A DNA stretch of 64,000 bases, from assembly GCA_965240325.2 (NCBI GenBank), contig OZ251225.1, forward strand, positions 2,294,001-2,358,000, given 5' to 3'. Below, piece by piece: positions 32,456 through 45,475 of the stretch. The first letter of the stretch is position 1; each line of letters opens with the position of its first letter. The translations under genes and the position numbers were made by a program. The notes below the pieces were generated by a model, which was given only the letters and a program-made list of their open reading frames with translations, was not told where the DNA came from and did no database searches. Origin of the DNA: Rebecca billardiae RCC1528. Lineage: Eukaryota > Protista > Haptophyta.

Positions 32456-34645
32456 ATGGCTGCCGCACCCGCGGCGGAGGACGCCGTCCCGTCGCTGCAG
32501 CCGCTGCAGTACGTGCCGTTCGCGTCTGCACCCGATGTGGGCTTCTGGCGTGAGCTCGGTCGGCGCAAGCTCGATGACATCGGCCTCGACGACGCGCCCC
32601 TGCCCGTGCGGGGCTGGTTCGAGGTGACGGCGCACGGGCGGACGGCGTGCCAGCTCTTCATCGACGGCACGGCGTTCACGACGGACGCGCCCGCTCCCCC
32701 GGGCGCGTTCGGCGTGCACGGCACGCTCGTGAACACGAACACCCTCGAGGAGTTCAAGCGCGCCGACAAGAACGCGCTGATGGAGCGCGCCGCGCGCGAG
32801 CTGCGCGAGGAGCTGGGCAAGAGCCCGCCTACGCGCCTCACGCGCGTCATCGTGCTCTCGTACGCTGACCTGAAGGCGCACGAGTACTACTACTGGTTCG
32901 GCTTCCCCGCGCTCGCGCCAGCCGTCCCCTTCGCCGGCACGCCGATGATGCGCCTCGAGGACGCGCTCGCGCCGCTCTCGCTCGACCCGCTCCGCGCGGC
33001 GCACCGGCGCGAGGCGATCGGCGCGGGCGGCGAGCTTTCCTTCTTCGCGCTGCGCGTGCACGTGCGCGGCCTGGGCGTGCGCGGCGGCGGCGTGGGCGGC
33101 GCGTCGGAGGTGCACGGCGAGGAGCGCGCCTTCGAGCTCGCGCCGCTCAGCTCGTGGGTCGCGTGGTGCGACGCCGCCGCCTCGGGCGACGCGCCCACGC
33201 CGATGCTCTGCTTTGCCGACCCGACCGTCGACCCAGCGCACGCCGGCTGGCCGCTGCGCACGCTGCTCATGTGGGCGCGCTCGCAGCCGGGCGCGCCGCA
33301 GTACGTGCAGGTGGTCTGCTGGCGCGAGCCGCTCGAGCTGCGCCCGCCCAGCGCCGCCGGGCCCGCGCCCCCGTCCCGCTCGCTCACGCTGCGCGTGCGG
33401 CTACTCCCCGACGCTGAGAGCGGCGTGAGCACAGCCAGCCTGCCCATGGCTGTCGGCTGGGAGCGGAACGCGCGGGGCAAGCTGGGCGCGCGTGTGGTGA
33501 GCCTGCGCGCGCAGCTCGACCCGATCGCGCTGGCCGAGGCGTCGGTCGACCTCAACCTGCGCCTCATGCGCTGGCGCCTGCTGCCCGAGCTCGACACGGC
33601 GCGGCTCGCGCGCACGCGCTGCCTGCTGATCGGCGCCGGCACCCTCGGCTGCAACGTGGCGCGCGCGCTCCTCGCGTGGGGCGTGCGCACGATCACCTTC
33701 GTCGACGGCGGCTCGGTCTCGCACTCGAACCCCGTGCGGCAGAGCCTCTTCACCTACCACGACTGCGTCGGCGACGAGCGCAGGGCCAAGGCCGTCGCGG
33801 CGGCCGAGGCGGTGGGGTGCATCTTCCCGGGTGCGCGCTCGCGAGGCGTCGAGCTGCTCGTGCCAATGCCTGGCCACCCGCCCGCCGACGCCGAGGTCGA
33901 GGCGGTGCGCGAGGCCGTCGAGCAGCTCGAGGGGCTGGTGGAGGAGCACGACGCGGTGTTCCTACTCACCGACACGCGCGAGTCGCGCTGGCTCCCGTCG
34001 CTCCTCTGCGCGGCCAAGGACAAGATCGCGATCACGGCGGCGCTCGGCTTTGATTCGTATGTCGTGATGCGTCACGGCCGCGGCCCGAGCCAGGGCTCGC
34101 AACCGGCGGGTGCGGCCGGGCCCGAGGGCGGCGGGGAGGGCGGCGGGGGCGACGAGGAGGCGCGGCTGGGCTGCTACTTCTGCAACGACGTCGTCGCGCC
34201 CGTCGACAGCACGCGCGACCGCACGCTCGACCAGCAGTGCACCGTGACTCGGCCAGGGCTGTCGATGGTGGCGTCTTCGCTCGCTGTCGAGCTACTGGTC
34301 ACCATCTCGCACCACGCGCAGGGGCACGGCGCGCCCGCGGACGGGCCGGGCGGCGAGCCGTCGACGCCGCTCGGGCTGCTGCCGCACCAGGTGCGCGGCT
34401 TCCTGCCCTCCTTCCGCACCGAGCTCCTCCGCGGCCAGGCGTTTGCATGCTGCGTCGCGTGCTCCGCGCGCGCCGTGCACGGCTATCGCCAGGGCGGCTT
34501 TGCGTTCTGTCTGCGCGCGTTCCGTGAGCCCGACTTCCTCGAGGAGTTCAGTGGGCTGCGCGAGCTGCAGCGCGGGGCGGAGGCGGCGCTGGAGGCGTGG
34601 GAGGGCGACGAGGAGGACGAAGACGATGACGGCGAGCTCAAGTGA
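32456..34645 (+). CDS. ATG7: Autophagy E1-like activating enzyme ATG7; intronless
   Basis: GTLVNTNTLEEFKRADK, YADLKAHEYYYWFGFPAL, SVDLNLRLMRWRLLP, GAGTLGCNVAR, LGCYFCNDVVAP, catalytic TRDRTLDQQCTVTRPG. Confidence 0.96.
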   Translation: MAAAPAAEDAVPSLQPLQYVPFASAPDVGFWRELGRRKLDDIGLDDAPLPVRGWFEVTAHGRTACQLFIDGTAFTTDAPAPPGAFGVHGTLVNTNTLEEFKRADKNALMERAARELREELGKSPPTRLTRVIVLSYADLKAHEYYYWFGFPALAPAVPFAGTPMMRLEDALAPLSLDPLRAAHRREAIGAGGELSFFALRVHVRGLGVRGGGVGGASEVHGEERAFELAPLSSWVAWCDAAASGDAPTPMLCFADPTVDPAHAGWPLRTLLMWARSQPGAPQYVQVVCWREPLELRPPSAAGPAPPSRSLTLRVRLLPDAESGVSTASLPMAVGWERNARGKLGARVVSLRAQLDPIALAEASVDLNLRLMRWRLLPELDTARLARTRCLLIGAGTLGCNVARALLAWGVRTITFVDGGSVSHSNPVRQSLFTYHDCVGDERRAKAVAAAEAVGCIFPGARSRGVELLVPMPGHPPADAEVEAVREAVEQLEGLVEEHDAVFLLTDTRESRWLPSLLCAAKDKIAITAALGFDSYVVMRHGRGPSQGSQPAGAAGPEGGGEGGGGDEEARLGCYFCNDVVAPVDSTRDRTLDQQCTVTRPGLSMVASSLAVELLVTISHHAQGHGAPADGPGGEPSTPLGLLPHQVRGFLPSFRTELLRGQAFACCVACSARAVHGYRQGGFAFCLRAFREPDFLEEFSGLRELQRGAEAALEAWEGDEEDEDDDGELK

Positions 34646-35167
34646 GCGCGCTCGCGACGACGGCGCGCTCTGCTGCGACGCCGCGACGGGCCCATGGCGC
34701 TGCCGGCGCTCCACTCACTGACTCACTCTGCACCGGGCGCCTCTTTGCTACGGCAGTGAAGATGACGACGGACCATGATGATTGATACGCGTGGCGGAAA
34801 GACGACGATGCGTAATGGCCTACTGCGCACAGTCCGGGATCCCTGCTGAAACGCAGTGCAGCGCAGGCGGATGATGATTGATGGCCCGCGGCGCCCGCTG
34901 GCGAGCGGACAATTGGGCATCATCCGTCATAGTCGTATTATTTATAGTCGTGTCATCAGCGCGCATCATCGTCGTCATCAGCAGGCGCGCGCTTTTTACT
35001 CTGTGCATTGCTGCCGCCGCGCCGCGCACGACTCGTCGCGGCGCATACTTTATATATAATGATCTGCTAGCTGCTATAGCTATTTCGGCTGGTAACTAGT
35101 AGTAGTCATTGCTGATGCCGAATCGATCGAGACGATCGACGACATCGTTGGCGCGGCGCCTCACTCG

Positions 35168-38100
35168 TCAAGATTCGTCCCCGCCAGCGGCGTCGGAATT
35201 GGCGCCAGCGGCCGACGGCTGCTCCTGTCGCCCTTTGGCGTTGGCGTCCTCTTTGGACCACTGCCGGCCGATCTCGCTCATCAGCGTGTCGTTCTCTAGG
35301 GCGGCGCTTGACTGGCGCCGCCGCGAAACGCCATGGCCGTCCGCCCCCGACTCATCCGTCGACGTGCGGCGCACAGCGCTCGTCTGCTGCTCCTCGCGCG
35401 CCACGTCTTCAAACTTCGCCTCGAGGAGCGCCTCGAGCGGCCGCGCGGCGACCGCCTGCAGCTGCAGCAGCGTGGAGACCTGTGCGCGCGCGCGCGCGGC
35501 CGGGGGCGACGCTCAGCCGCCGCGCAGAGTAGGCGCGGCCGCGCCGGCCGCTTTGCCCGTGTGCAGCGCGGAGCGCGGGCCTTGCGCCGCGCGCGCGCGC
35601 GGCGCGCAGCGCGCACCCGCTGCTGCAGCTCGCTCGTCATGTGGCTCGCGAAGTCGAGCTTCTCGTGCCAGCGCGCGATGGCGGGCTGCACCGTGTGCAG
35701 CAGGTGCTGCCGCCTCGGCTGGTGCGCCGCCGCCACCTTCTTCAGCCGCTCCCACAGGTGCGGGCGCATTTCGGTGAGCACGTCGCCGTGCTCCCGCTCG
35801 AGCGCGGTCGCGTCGTCGATCAGCTTGCGCGCGTGCCGCGTCGCGCTGATCTGCCGGCTGACCCAGCGCTTGAGCGCGCGCACCTTGGGCATGTACCTGC
35901 GGTGCTCGCGCACGTCCGCCACATCCGTGTCCGCCTTCACCTCCTCCGCGTCGTCCGGCGTGACCCCCTGCTTGGCGGGCTGGCCCGAGCCGCGGCCGGC
36001 GCCTCTCGAGCGCAGCAGCGTTCGTACCACCTCGATCTCGTCGCACCCCTCGCGCTCGGCGTCATCGAGCGGCGTGTTGCCGTAGCTGCGGGCGCGGGCC
36101 GCGGGGCGCGGGCCGCGGGGCGCGGGCGGGCGGGGCCGCGCGGCGTGGGCGTGGCGCAGCAGCACGCCCCGTCCTCCGCCTCTCCGCCGCCCCGCTCCCG
36201 CGCGGCCCTCCGCGCGCGGCCGCGGCGCGCGTGCGCGGCCGTGCGCGCTGCGCACCGGTCCTCGACGTTCATGTCGATGCCTGGCAGGTCGAGCAGCATG
36301 TGGACGGCGTGCACGCGGCCGCACGAGGCCGCGAGGTGCAGCGGGGTGCGCCCGTCGTAGTCCCCCTCGTTCGGGTCGCACACGTGCTCGATCAGCCGCT
36401 GCAGCGTGCCCACGTCGTTGCGCGCGGCCGCGGCGCAAAACTCGACAGGCGCGTCAAAGGAGCCCATGTGGCCTCCGTGCCGCAGCAGCAGGGTGCTCAT
36501 GTTGGCGTGCCGGCCGTGGAAGGCCTCCTGCAGCGGCGTGAGGCCGCGCCAGTCGGCCGCGTTCACGTCCGCGCCCTGCTCGATCAGCAGCCGCGCGTTC
36601 GCCACGTGCCCCTCCGCCGCGGCCAGGTGGAGCGGCGTGCGCGCGCCGTAGTTGGCCGCGCTCACGTCCGAGGCGTCGAAGCCCACCAGATAGCGCAGCT
36701 CCTCGAGAGAGTCGCCCCGGGCGGACGCGGCGCACAGGGCGTCGGCGATGTGCGCGCAGAGGCGCTGCGCGCCGTGCCGGAGGAGCAGCTCCGCCGCGGG
36801 GCCCTGCCGGTGCTTGAGCGCGTCGTGCAGCGCCGTCGTGCCGCGGCGGTCCGTGGCGTTCACATCCGCGCCCGACGCGATGAGCAGCTCGAGCACCCTC
36901 GTGTGGCCCGCGCACGCGGCCACGTGCAGCGGGCGGCGGCCGTCGTAGTCGCCGCGGTTGACGTCGACGGCGCGGGTGGAGAGCAGCTGGCGCACCTTGT
37001 CCAGCTCGCCCTTCGCCGACGCGCCGCACAGCCGCACCGTGTGCAGGTCCTCGCGCTTCTTCTTGGCAGACGCGATGATTTTCTGAATGGTGCTCTGGCC
37101 CTCTGCGGCGTCGCGCGCGCCGCCGCCGCCGTGCCCGCCGCCGCCGTGCGAGGAGGCCGCGTCGGTGCCGGAGTTGTGCGAGCGGGCGCTGCGCGGACCG
37201 CCGCTGCGCGCGGAGGCCTTGGACTTGCCCGAGCGCGCCGAGCGCGCCGAGAGGCCTGCGCGCCGGGCGTGGCGCCGGCGCAGCGCGGTGAGCAAGCGGC
37301 AGGCACAGGCACGGAGCGCGGCAGGATTAGGGTTAGGAGCGCGCGCGCCACGCCGCGCGCACCGCCGCCCGCCTGCGCCTGCAGCCGCATCGCGTTGTCC
37401 ATGATGACGTCCTCCTGGTGCGGGAACGCCTTGAGCAGCGCGCGGTACCGCTCGAGTGTGAGCGCGAACAGCTTGGTCTCCTGCGCGTGGCTGGAGCGCG
37501 CGTTGCTCACGTGCCGCATGCCGAACACGAAGGGGAGCTCGCCGAGCGGCTCGCCCGGCTGCACGAGCTCGAGCGGGGGCGCGCCCGCCTGCCCTTCGCC
37601 CTCGCCCTCGCCGAAGACCTCGACCACGCCGGCCTCGACGATGAAGAGCTCCTTGCAGATGTCGCTCACGCGGAACAGCGTCGTCTCCGGCTCGAGCGTG
37701 CGCTCGCGCAGCAGCGAGGAGAGCCGGTCGACGAAGCCGTCGGAGCAGCCCTTGAAGAGCGCGCACTCGCCCACGAGCGCGCGGTTAGTGTACTGCGAGA
37801 CCTCGATCTGCAGCGAGATCGGCATCTGCGCGTAGATCTGCTCGTCGGGCACGGCGGAGAGCGACGCGTCGCGCAGCCGCGCCTGGAAGAATGCGCCGAT
37901 CTGCGCCTTGAGCTGCGACGGCACCTTCACGTGCTGCAGGTAGCCGTTCACGAGCTCGAGCTGGGCGCGCTTGGTGACGATCTCGTCGTCCTGCCGCATC
38001 ACGAGCGCGGAGATCTTGCCCACGGCGAACGCGTAGATCGTGAAGTTGAGCAGCATCATGAAGAGCACGAAGGCCAGCTCGTAGTAGTTGGCCGGCACCT

Positions 38101-41100
38101 GCCCCGCGCCCAGCGTGGTGATCGCCGAGCTGCAGTGGAAGAGGGAGACGAGGTAGCGCAGGGCCAGCACCTGCAAGGGGGAGGCGCCCCACGCGCCGCC
38201 GCCGTCGGCCTCGGCGCCGACGAGGTCGTCGGCCGTCACGCCGCCCACCTCGGCGGCGTTCGCGTTGAACTGCCCCGCCCACGTCGCCTCGTTCAGCCGC
38301 GCCAGCGCCGAGGTCGCAAAGACATTCCACACGCACGCGCACACGTGCGCGGTGAGCAGGATGAGGCCGTTGTACTGCACGAGCCCGACGAGCAGGTTGT
38401 CGTCCGCCTTGGCGCGCTCGAACGCGCGGTACGCGCGCAGCACGTACCGCACGTTGATCAGCTTGAGGCAGCGCAGCGCCACGACGACGAGGCCGCGGTT
38501 GCCCAGCGCGAGCGCGAGCAGGTCGTTGGGCCACGCCGCCACCAGGTCGAGCGTGAAGTCGCGCGACAGGTAGTGGTGCCGGATCTCGAGCGGCCGGTAG
38601 ATCGTCACGGACTTGGAGTTGACGAACGAGGTGCAGAAGCGCACGCCCACGCGCAGCAGGTAGTACCCGTCGAGCGCAAAGTTCGCGTGCCACACCCACG
38701 CGAGCCGCTCCGCCTCCGCGGCGAAGCACAGGTGCACGGGCGTTTGCAGCGCGTCCCACGCGACCAGGCCGAGGAAGAGGCGCTCGAACAGCAGGTACGC
38801 GCGCGAGGTGTGCGGCACCACGTACCACGGGCGGAGGTTGGCCTCGCCCTCGGCGTCGTCCGCGCCGCCCGCGCTGCTGCCGCCGCCGCCGTCCGCCACC
38901 GCGGTGGAGGCGGCCGTCTCCGCGCCGCCGCGCAGCCAGCGCCGCGCGCGCCCGAGCAGTCGGCGCGACGGCGTGGCGCGCGCCGCCTCGTGCGAGAGAG
39001 CCTCGGCCGCCTCGCGCTGCATCTGCCCCACCGCCTCGCGCAGCGCGCGGCACAGCTGCTCCCACGTCGTGTCCGCGCCGCCGCGCGCAACGCCGCCCTG
39101 CACCACCGCCTCCTTCTCCACGGCGCCCACCGGCTCGCCCTGCACCGGCGCCGCGCCGCGCCGCCCGACCGGCTCGGCGGCGTCGCCAGCGGATGAGCGC
39201 GCCGACTTATACGAGCCCATGGAATCTGAGCAGCGGGTGGCGGCACCGCCGCGGCTGCCGCCGAGCACGCCGGCGGCCGCGTCGCGCCACACCGCGTCGT
39301 CCGCGTTGGGCACGTCGAGGCGCACGCCCTTGAGCCGCGCGGCGTACCACGCCGCGATGTCGTGCGCGCTGAGCGCGCCGCCGGCCGCCTCGGGCAACGC
39401 CGCAGCCACGATCCCGGCGAGCGTCGGCGCTGAGACGCGCTCGGTCGGCTTGAGCTTGTCCGCGTCGATGCGCGCGTGCAGGCTGGTGCACAGCGCCGCG
39501 AGCGCGTCCGCGCTACCGAGCACGCGCGCGAGCTGGTCCTCCGCCGCGCCGTCCGCGGCCGCGGGATCGCGCGCGTCGCCGAGGCGCGGCGCGGCGCGCC
39601 CGTCCGGCGCGCCGCCGCCGCAACGCGCGTCCGGCGAGGGGCGCCCGCCCGCCGCCGGCCCGCCGCCCGAGAGGGCGCTAAGGTGCGCGGTGCGCAGCAG
39701 CAGCAGCGGCGGGACGGCCTCGGACGGCGCGCCGCCCTCCGCCAGCGCGCGCCGCGCCTCCGCCTCCTCCTCCTGCTGCACCTCCTCCGCGCTCGCCAGC
39801 ACCCACGAAGCAGAGCCTGCATAGAACATCGGCGCACTGAGGTCGCACGGCCGCGAGCGCGAGCCGCGTCGCGGCTCGGCGCGGCCGCTCGCAGGCGCCG
39901 CGCCCGCGGGGTCGAGGGCGGTGCCGCCCGTGGGCGCGAGCGCGGGGCCGTGCAGCTCGGCCGCCGCGTCGATCAGGTGCGCCATCAGCGCGCGCACCTC
40001 CGAGCCGCCCAGCTCGCCCAGCCGCGTCTGCAGCTGCCGCACGTCCCGCCAGTGGACGGCGCCGCGCCCGTGCGAGTCAAAGACGCAGTACAGCCCGTGC
40101 AGCACGGACGCCGCCTCGACGAGCGCATCCGGGTGGCTGGCGAGTGCGGCGGAGGAGGCGCGCTGCGCCGCGAGCTGCTCCGCGGCGCTGCGCTGGATGC
40201 GCGCTGCGACGGCCGAGCCTGCGCCCGCGCTCGCGCTCATTGGCTTCCAACGCTGATGCTGCCGCCCGCTGCTGTCCACCGCGCTCGGGCCGCAGCCGGG
40301 CGCGACGCGGCCTTCGGTGGCGGCGCGTCGGCGGTACCCGCGCGATGGCTCGTCCGTCGTCGTCGCGAGCGAGAGACTCGAGCCGCTGCCAGACAGCTTC
40401 TTCGGCCCAGGCCCCGCGCCCGCGCCGCCGCAGCCCTCGTGCGCGCCCTTGCAACGGTCGGAGTAACGGTCGGTGTAACGGTCGGTGTAGCCGGGCGCGG
40501 GGGCGGCGGCGCGCTCGCCCAGCGGGCAGTGCCGGCGCACGTCGAGCACGGCCGAGGCGCGCGACTCGGCCGGCGGCGCGTCGCCCCCGCGCCCGGAGCG
40601 GCTCGAGCCCACGGGCGACGCCGTGCCGGGCGGGGCCTCCGGGTCGACCGCGGCGGTGGCGCGCAGCCAGCCGCCGACAGCACAGCGCGAGGTGCGGCGC
40701 GCGCCGCTGTGCCGCGGCTCGCGCCCGCCGGCGGCGGGCGGCCATAGCTGCTGCTGCTGCTCAGCGCCGCCGCCGCCGCCGCCGGGCGGCGACGGCGGCG
40801 GCGTGACGCGCGCCTGTGGCGCAGACCTGCGCGCCTCGCGGCGCGAGCGCAGCGGCGATGCGCACAGCGACCAGCCTGGCTGCGACGCGGGCGAGGCGGG
40901 CGCCGAGCCGGCGTGCCGCGCGCTCGCCGCGTGCACGAGCGTGCGCACAAACGTGCCCGAGAAGAAGACCAGCCGGTACCCCAGCTGGGAGAGGTGCAGG
41001 GGTTGGCCGTTGTCACCGCCGGCAGCCCCTCCGACCTCTGAGGCCGGCGGCTCGGCCGCGGTGCCCGCCGCGCTCCCTGTGGGGCTGCCCACGCCGGCCG

Positions 41101-44100
41101 CGCCGCGCGAGAGGCAGCAGCCGCCTTTGGAGTTGCGCCGCGCGGCGGCCGGCGCCGACGGCGGCGGCTGTTGCGGCGGCGGCGGCGGCTGCGCTTCGCA
41201 GCCCTGCGCCGCCGCGTCGTCCGCAGCGCTCGCGCGCCGCGGCGCACGCGGGCCTAGCGTGGCGCGGAGCTCGTCGTAGATCTCGTCCACCACCTGCTCG
41301 AGCAGCGCCTCGTCCTCGAAGCCGCACTCGGCGCGCAGGATGCCGCGCAGCGCTTGCTCCTCCGCGCGGCGCCGCTGCGCGTCGCCCAGCGCCGAGTGCG
41401 CGGCCGGCGCGAGCGTGCGCGCAAACGCGTGCTTGAGCATCGTCAGCCCGCCCTCGGCGCGCGGGAGCCGCAGGACGAGCGGCAGGAAGGCGCTCGTCGC
41501 GCTCGCCTTGGTCTTGACGGCCAGATGCTGCGCCCTCGCGCCCGCGCACGCCGCCGGCGCGCCGCCGGCCGGCTGGGCGGTGCCGCACCCGCCGCCGCCA
41601 TCGGCCGAGCCGCGGGCTGGGAGGGAGGCGACGCTGCCACCGAGTGCTGCCGCGCCGCCCCTGGCCGAGCAGGGCGCGCTGCCGCCGTCGGAGTCGGTGC
41701 CGCTCTCGTCCGACGGCTCGGCGAGCGCGCCCGCGACCTCGCCCTCCGCCGCCTCCTCCTCGAGCGAATCTTGCGAGCTCGTCTCGTCCAGATTCTCGTG
41801 CAGGGCATATGCGCCGATCCACTCGTCCGCCGAGCGCTCGATCTGCGCAAACAGCCGCGACTGGAGGACGCTCAGCTCGGCCATCGCGCGGGAGAGCGTC
41901 TTGAGCTCGAGCTCGAGCTCGCGCCGCGTGAGCTGCCGCGCGGTGAGCGTCTGCGTCCGGTGCATCTCGCGCGCGCGCAGCTTGTCCAGCACAGTCGCAA
42001 TGTCGTACGACTGAGCCACCCTGTACAGCGCGCACAGGATGCGCTCGGGCTCGTACCGGGGCGGCAGCGTGGCGGAGCACTGGTGCACGAGGAGGGCGGC
42101 GACCTCACTGTTGTGCTCGAGCGCGTCGATCAGCGCCGTCGCGCCCCACCGGTCCACGGCGCGCACGTCCGCCAGCGCGGAGATCAGGCAGTGCGTCGTC
42201 GAGATCGAGCCCGCGCACACGGCCAGGTGGAGCGGCGTGCGCGCGTCGTAGTCGGCCGCGTGCAGCGGCGCGCCCGCGTGCACGAGGAAGCGAACGAGGT
42301 TGACGTTGCCGTCGGAGGCGGCGGTGCACAGCCGGTTGAACACGGTGAGCGGGTTCGCGCGCGCGCCGCGCTGCACGTGCAGGTGCGCCACCAGCTCGTG
42401 CTCGTTGCTCAGCGCGTCGTCGATCGGCTTGTTGCCCCAGCGGTCGCGCAGGTTCACGTCTGCGAGCGCGCCCATCAGGAACTCGACCAGCCGCATGTCG
42501 CCCTCGGCGGAGGCGAGGTGCAGCGCGGAGCGCCCGTCGTAGTCGACGGTGTTGATCTCGACGCCGTGCGAGAGCAGCGCCTGCACGCGCGCGATCGAGC
42601 CCTGCGCCACCGCCTCGAGCAGCAGCGCGCACGGCCGCTGCAGCTTGAGCTCCGCGCCCTGCGCGCTCAGCACGCTAGCCACCTCCGCGTGGTTGGAGAC
42701 GATGGCGTCGCGCAGCGGGGTGGAGCCCCAGCGGTCGGTGAGCGAGGGGTTGGCGGTGAGCTCGCACAGCAGCGCCACCACCTTCGCGTTGCCCTCCGCC
42801 GCCGCGAGGTGCAGCGTCGTGCGCCTGTCGTAGTTGCCCGCGTTCACGTCCAGGCCCTTGGCGGCGAGCGCGCGCACCGTCTCGACGTCGCCGATCGAGG
42901 CGGCGTAGCTCATCTGCGTGATCGCCTCCTCGTTGCCCTCGACGATGGTCTGCTGGATGATCGCGCGCAGCGCTGCGCACGTAGAGGGAGGCGGAGGGGC
43001 GGGCGCCGCGGCGGCAGCGTCCGCCGCAAACTGGTTGGTCTCGTGGCTCGGCGCGGCGGCGCGCCATGGTAGTGCGGTGCGCGGTCGGCGCGGCGCGCAC
43101 CCTCAAACTCCTCCTGCTCGTCCTCGGAGAGCGCGCCGCCCAGCCCCGCGCCAGTGTCCGTGACGACCGTGCCCTGCCGGTCCAGCCCGAACTTGCGCAG
43201 CATATTCGCCACGATCAGGTCCGCCTGCTCCGGGTACGCGCCGATGATCTCGTCGTAGTCCGCGCCCGTGATCACGAGCAGCGTCACGTCCCCGGCGGCG
43301 GTCGCGCTCACGGTGAACGGCTGCTGGATGCCGAGGAAGAAGCCGAGCTCGCCGACGACCTGGCCGTCGCCGAGGTCTGAGCGCAGCGTGGACTGGTGCA
43401 CGTCGCCCTTCCGCACGTGCAGCGAGCCGTTGGTCAGCCATAGCAGCTCCCTCGAGCCCTCGCCCTGGTTGAAGAGCACCTCGAGCGGCATCACGTACCG
43501 CTCCTTGAGCACGATCACGATCTGGTTGAGGAACTGCGGGTTGCAGCCGTGGAAGACCCACGCGCCCTGCACGTGGCGCGAGTGCGTCGCTGACGCGACC
43601 TTCACCTTGAGCGAGAGCGGCATCTGCTCGAAGATCGTCTCGGTCGAGCTCGAGCGCTTCGTGTGCTGGAACTCGAAGTGCGAGCGGATCTTCTTGGACA
43701 CCGCCGGCGGCAGCGAGCGCTTGGCGCAGTACTCGTCAACCGCGCGCAGCAGCTCCTTGAAGTGCGCCGTGTTGCTGTCCACGCGCACGAGGTAGTGGAA
43801 GAGCGTGCCGAGCACGAACGCGTAGAACACCTGCCGCGCGCGAGAGGGGGAGCAGATGGCCCCGCATGCACGCGCGCGTCAGCCATCCCGCGCGCATGGC
43901 CGGCTGACGAGTCGAATGGAGTGCGCACTGCGCCGCTCCTTCGCAGTCTGACGTGCGCGCACGATTTGCACGATGCAGATCAGGACGGCAAATGCCAGCT
44001 CGTTCACCTTGGTCAGCGTGAGGGGGCCGTACCCCATGGCCGAGATGCCCGACCACGCCATGAAAAGAGAGAGCATGTACCGCTGCCAGTCGCTCGCCTC

Positions 44101-45200
44101 CGCCGGGTCGAACTGCGAGTTGTCCGCGAGCAGCTCGAACTGCGCGCTCCACGAGGGAAGCGCCAGCTTGGCGCCCGCGCCGTGCTCGGCGAGCAGCCAC
44201 CAGAGGCACGCGACCCTGCGAGTGGTGGTGCGCGCGCAGGGAGCGTAGGCGGTTGGGGCGTGTCGCGTGCAGGCGGGAGGCGTCAGTAGTGAGCCATCCT
44301 CCATGCATGCCTCCAGGCCGCGCACCGCGCGCACCAGTGCGGCACGGAGAAGAGGAACACGCTGAACTTGTACGTCGCGAGGAAGGCGACGTTGGTCGTC
44401 AGGTCGCCGTTCATCAGGTGCACGTAGCTCATCAGGTCGAACACGCGGCCGAGCCGCACGAGCTGGGCCGCCCACCAAACGTACGGGAACGACAGCAGCA
44501 TGTACACAGCACGACCGCTGTGCAGCACGACGACGGTGAGCAGGTCGCGCGCGAGGCGCGTGCGCGTGTACACATGGTCTGCAGGCTCTGCTGCCCGCGC
44601 CTTGCCTCGCCGCCGCGCGTGTCGGAGCTCCTCGAACACGCAGACGAGCTCGAACGCATCGGCCACGACATCGATCACAATCACAGCGGGTGCGGCGAGG
44701 AGCGTCCTCGGGAATGCGAGACGCGCGGGGATGGCAACGAGCTCGTACGTGAGCAGCGGGAGCCTCATCGCCTTGTACACCGCCACCCACCATGCGCGCA
44801 CCTCGTTCTCCGCGTCGCGCAGGCGCTGCTCGCTGTCGGCGTTCTCCACGCCGCGCTCGCCCAGGTCGTCGACGACGAGGCCGGGCAGCCAGCTGACGTG
44901 CAGGTGGCGCTTCGAACTGCGAACGGCGCTGTGGCGGAGAATGCCGACTCTATCTGTGCTAATGATCGCGCGCTCACTGCCCCGTCGGCAGCAGGGGAGC
45001 AGGCGTTGCCAGCGCGGTCCCGTGCCGTGGGCCATCACGTGGTCGCGAAACGCGCTGGATGGTCGTCCGAAGAAAGCGAGCGCGAGCTCCGGCCAAGCTT
45101 GGCGCCACCGCTGGCGCCACCGCTCGCCAGCGGTTCTACTTGCTTGATTCAAAGCTGTTCGCCTTCTCCGTGTTCGGTGGTTCGTTGATGACATGATCAT
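35168..45200 (-). CDS. Tandem double Shaker/SKOR-AKT-like channel, 2 x (6TM pore + CNBD + ankyrin repeats), ~3,079 aa; exons 45200-44335, 44215-43963, 43830-43101, 42972-37363, 37255-36256, 36085-35617, 35479-35168
   Basis: Unit 1: HW|VACLWWLL, pore SAMGYGPL, FHGCNPQFLNQIV (SKOR-like), CNBD GELGFFLGIQQPFTV, ankyrins (DYDGRSALHLA). Unit 2: HVCACVW, pore TTLGAGQV, LFKGCSDGFVDRL, GELPFVFG, ankyrins. Six GTGCGC..CAG introns sum to 9,240 coding nt in frame. Confidence 0.85.
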
Positions 45201-45475
45201 AGTCACTGGTGATTATGATCAGCTCATCAGCCAGCAACCTCAAATCAGCCTCTATTGCGAAGCGCTATATTTGTTTGACGAATATAGCCATGTACCCGAC
45301 AATTTTCGTGGTACGGCCCTTGATTGTGGTTTTTGGGAGCTGCCTTGCGCTCTGATGTGTACCCCATAATTGAAAAAACGCCAACGGTGTAGCCATTTCG
45401 GTTCACGACCGGAACTGCCGACGACGACGAAACAGGAGCGACTTGCGCCGTCAAACGTCGCTGAACAAGGGAAAA

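Noticed and set aside
37326-37338. TTAGGGTTAGG telomere-like motif in a channel-gene intron
   Set aside because: Under two full units; equally explained by CTAAC/CTAAT branch-point-like sequence or chance.
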